Source of the DNA: Chara braunii
Taxonomy: Eukaryota; Plantae; Charophyceae
Length of the DNA: 53,267 nucleotides
Direction: 5' to 3'
NCBI GenBank assembly: GCA_003427395.1
Contig: BFEA01000001.1
Location: forward strand, 5,275,146-5,328,412
Part shown: positions 51,701 to 53,267 of the stretch, piece by piece
How positions within the stretch are numbered: position 1 is the first letter of the stretch
Layout: each line of letters begins with the position of its first letter
The notes under the pieces: generated by a model
Told to the model about the DNA's origin: nothing
The model's database searches: none
The model's input: the letters and a program-made list of their open reading frames with translations, nothing else
Position numbers and translations under genes: made by a program

Positions 51701-53267
51701 CAATAAAGGTGCTTGGAGTTAACATCATGGCGATGGGCCCGCCACGGCGCCACCTGATCACGGTGACGCACTAGTCGACCTGGTAATCAGAAAACTCTCT
51801 AAGTGGGATGGGAAACCAACCTCACTAGTAGGTAGAGTGCTTGTGATTAACAACGCCATCTTTGCATCTATATGGTGCAAAGTGGCATTCTGGCAACTCA
51901 ACAGAAAACAGATCACCAAGTTGAAACAGGTGGCGACGGCGTATCTATGGAAGAATGACCATAATCACACCAATGCCATAAAAAGGGTAGCATGGGACAC
52001 TATTGTGCAGCCCAGAACAAAGGGTGACCTAGGAATAATTGACCCAGAAGAAGAGATCAAGGCGTTGCTTTTCAAATTCTTGATCCGCCTTCTCTTGGGG
52101 AACAATATCCCGTGGGCCCCGTACGCCTGCATTCAGCTGCATTGCATTGCGCCCCCCTCTCACCCCCTCCGTCCAGTGCATCCACTGCAGTGGTTAACCA
52201 ACAGGTGCTGGTCCTTGCCTGCGGGCCCAAGAAGGGTGGTCGAACACTCACCGGAAGGATGGGCAAAACAGGATCTCATAATCGATCCGTTATGGCATAC
52301 AATGGTTAAACTGTCGAGAGAAAGAGGGCCACAACGCACCCCCACCCCTCAAATGGGAAGAAGTGGTCCGCCAACCGATTTTCGGCCACCTGGACATCAT
52401 GGACGAGACAGGCAACACCTTTTCCCTCCAAGGGACCTCCAAATGGAGGCAGTGGGTCAGAAAAGGGGTGTACACAGTAGGCCACCTCTGGGACGGCCCG
52501 ACAAGGAACTGGAAATCAGAGCAATCTTTGAAAAGCGTCACGGGCCACATAAAAAATATGGCCTCCGACATGAGGGAGATTCAGGAAGCCATACCTCTGG
52601 CCTGGATTCGCGCGCTTAAAATGGGTCCGAAGATACAACAACACGACTGGGTGGTGCTCACTCAATCTATGCCCATCCCTATGACAGTGTACGAGGTGCA
52701 GAGCACCAACAATGGGGACACAGAACTACAAGCCTACTGCCCGACTCTGCCTAGGGAACGCTGGTCAGCGATACACAGGCAAGAGGACATGGACACACAC
52801 CGCCCAAAGTCCGAGCTTACCAGAATCAGAGTAGTGGGCGACGCAAAAGACAGCCGCTACCTCTACGAACCATCCACCCCCCTCTGTGACCTACCCTTCG
52901 ACCCTGCAGAATGAAAATGGTCATGGGGAGGGTCCCAGTCGATGACCCTGTGGCAATACACTGTTAAGGATGGATATAGGATAGCCCGGAAACAAGTACC
53001 AGTGACACAACAAATCATCAATCGCTAGGAAAGAGACTCCCCACTGGAAAAGCGGGACTTCCAACACTTCAGGTGGACCGCGTTTGCACACATCATGCCG
53101 ACCAATCATAGAGCACTGCAATGGCAGATTATACATAGATGCCTGCCCACTCCGGATTGGCTAACAACAAGAACAGATTTAGAGGCAAAAGGACAGATCT
53201 CCCCGCTATGCACGTACTGCGCCAGCTCCACACCGAGAAAAAGAGCTACCTTGGAACACTGTCTACT
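48780..53267 (+). pseudogene. LINE-F ORF2: APE endonuclease, RT and C-terminal Cys/His region; disrupted
   Basis: SINVNGL, VQETHL, VYAPN, CGDFN, SRIDLF, FDH; TPGLD, YRPITLL, QSGF, SVRQDDP, LFADDLT; LQWQIIHRCLPT..CTYC..TLEHCL. Confidence 0.95.
50801..51161. mobile_element. AT-rich insertion in the LINE-F RT, unclassified
   Basis: Interrupts ETIRYA | TEAAILFIDF; begins CACTA and ends CGGTG but has no convincing TIR. Confidence 0.55.

Larger units (their letters stand above)
45213..53267 (+). mobile_element. LINE-F: near full-length L1/Tx1-like element, running off the window end
   Basis: ORF1 region followed by EN-RT-zf ORF2; 5' boundary approximate (next to Ns). Confidence 0.9.

Overview
Eukaryotic, transposon-saturated window with no recognisable intact host gene. 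The element mix and the trihelix-like Myb ORF suggest a charophyte alga such as Chara (inference). Contents: (i) six decayed L1/Tx1-like LINE copies or fragments (APE endonuclease, RT with FADD, C-terminal Cys/His region), one near full length with a very large Q/P-rich ORF1; (ii) a partial tandem of a Penelope-like retroelement of the permuted Naiad/Chlamys type (GIY-YIG before RT) with a separate upstream ORF and a minimal hammerhead ribozyme in each unit; (iii) a Harbinger-type Myb/SANT pseudogene, several hAT- and Harbinger-type MITEs with clear TSDs, LTR-like segments, foldback hairpins and two assembly gaps. The most notable unexplained signals are a set of conserved structured-RNA modules recurring near LINE poly(A) ends (hairpin plus pseudoknot, and two other hairpin families), a composite of three tRNA-like heads plus three hairpin repeats, a plastid-like rpl2 fragment sitting in frame inside a LINE ORF2, and a conserved ORF1-stop/ORF2-start overlap. 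All calls were made by eye; boundaries without a TSD are approximate.
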